Below, one piece after another: positions 62,841 to 64,000 of a DNA stretch of 64,000 nucleotides. This stretch comes from Chloroflexota bacterium. GTDB lineage: Bacteria > Chloroflexota > UBA11872 > VXOZ01. The translations under genes were made by a program, and so were the position numbers. A model generated the notes under the pieces. That model was given only the letters and a program-made list of their open reading frames with translations. It ran no database searches and was not told where the DNA came from. The number at the start of each line of letters is the position of its first letter. The stretch's first letter is position 1. The stretch covers positions 192,001 to 256,000 of the forward strand of contig CAXXVD010000004.1 of assembly GCA_963662335.2 (NCBI GenBank), written 5' to 3'.

Positions 62841-63267
62841 GTGCACGACCTGGAACGTGACAACCCCGACATCTCCATTCCCAACGCCGCCTTCAAGCGG
62901 GTCTTCGACCTCTCCGACGGCTACCGCTGGCGCCTGGACAGCGAGCCGTTCGCCAAAGACGTCATCGCCCAAAGCAAAGCGCCGGAACTCCTGCGCGCTT
63001 TCCGGCACGCCCTCTACGGCAACCGCGAACGCAGCGACACCGGAGTCTCTGTCCTCGACCCACCTGCGGTTCCGGCAGCATAGTCAGCGCACGAAAACCC
63101 GCTACAAAGCCACCGGCAAAGTAATCTACGACGAGTTCGACCAAAAGCCCGCCAAACTCATCGTAGACCAAATCGACCAAACCCTCGCCCACCACTACGG
63201 CTTCACAGAAGAAGAGCTAGACTTCATAATCAACTACGACATCAAGTATCGCATGGCAATCAAGTAG
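62841..63267 (+). pseudogene. Remnant of a type IIG (Eco57I-like) restriction-modification gene
   Basis: Two frames: HDLERDNPDISIPNAAFKRVFDL..GYRWRLD and C-terminal IVDQIDQTLAHHYGFTEEELDFIINYDIKYRM; the methylase core is absent. Family recalled from memory. Confidence 0.6.
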
Positions 63268-63360
63268 GCCCCAAGTGCGATTACCTTCACGCAAGTTGGT
63301 ATACTCTAGCAAGGAGTGGGTAGCTTTGGTGCACCAAAAACGCCCGGTCAGGGGGAACTT

Positions 63361-64000
63361 GTGGGTCAACAACCGCTCACGCTGAAATTCCTCGGCGCAT
63401 TGGTGGAGCAGCTGGGTGCCCAGTTGTACCCTAGTGCTACGGCCACTGTTGCCGAACTCATCTCTAACGCTTGGGATGCAGACGCCCAGAACGTTTGGGT
63501 TGAGATTCCCTTTGGTACGTCGTGGACATCCGATGATGAGATAGTGGTTCTCGACGACGGCCATGGAATGACTAGAGAAGAAGCGCAACAACAGTATCTG
63601 ATGGTCGGTCGCAAGCGCAGGCTGCAAGGTGGGAATTACACTCCCGGCGGACGGCTTGTGCACGGGCGTAAGGGCATCGGAAAGCTAGCGGCATTTGGTA
63701 CTGCTAATACTCTTGACTGCTACAGCCTTCGAAGCGGGAGCGAGCTATCATTCCGGCTAGATTACGAGCGTATTAGAAGATGTCAACCTGATGAAGAGTG
63801 CAGAATCGAAGAGGACGTGGACAAGGAACCTCTGCTTTCGCCGGAAGACATGCCCCTTTCGAGTGGAACTAGGATACGCTTGTCCAACCTCAAACTGAAG
63901 AGGGCCATTTCGGAAGGTCGCTTCATGAAGTCAATGTCGCGCAGATTTGCAATCGACCAGACAGACATGCAGGTTTCAATCAACGGACGTCAATTGCAAC
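63361..64000 (+). CDS. GHKL/MORC-like ATPase, 5' part only (runs off the window)
   Basis: Manual translation is open to the end: LY...AELISNAWDADA, DDGHGM, GRKGIGKLA, GTRIRL. TGGTATACT -10 and GGGGA RBS upstream. Confidence 0.88.
   Translation, partial: MGQQPLTLKFLGALVEQLGAQLYPSATATVAELISNAWDADAQNVWVEIPFGTSWTSDDEIVVLDDGHGMTREEAQQQYLMVGRKRRLQGGNYTPGGRLVHGRKGIGKLAAFGTANTLDCYSLRSGSELSFRLDYERIRRCQPDEECRIEEDVDKEPLLSPEDMPLSSGTRIRLSNLKLKRAISEGRFMKSMSRRFAIDQTDMQVSINGRQLQ

Overview
This is high-GC bacterial chromosomal DNA. Gene content and order suggest Chloroflexota, possibly host-associated (inference only). A core segment of about 54 kb is bracketed by two outward-facing tRNA-Ala genes (GGC at 4604-4679 on -, CGC at 59190-59264 on +), and accessory DNA lies beyond the 3' end of each. 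The left flank holds a sterol C-24 methyltransferase-like gene, a PD-(D/E)XK nuclease and orphan genes. The right flank holds a coupled operon (membrane protein, Rieske oxygenase, reductase, lipoprotein), a deleted type IIG restriction-modification remnant, and a MORC/GHKL ATPase that runs off the window and is missing from the ORF track. The core contains coaD-yceD-rpmF-fabD-fabG-accC-nusB, PyrR-attenuated pyrR-B-C-carA-carB-pyrK, gyrB, a GT4/GH57 alpha-glucan pair, catabolic enzymes, icd-darA-murT-gatD, a surface-glycan locus and rplU-rpmA. At least six families of REP-like palindromes are present, including a 5 x 79-bp tandem array and one copy translated in frame inside a glycosyltransferase. 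I found no CRISPR array, rRNA, transposase or integrase. All calls come from reading motifs by eye; no searches were run.
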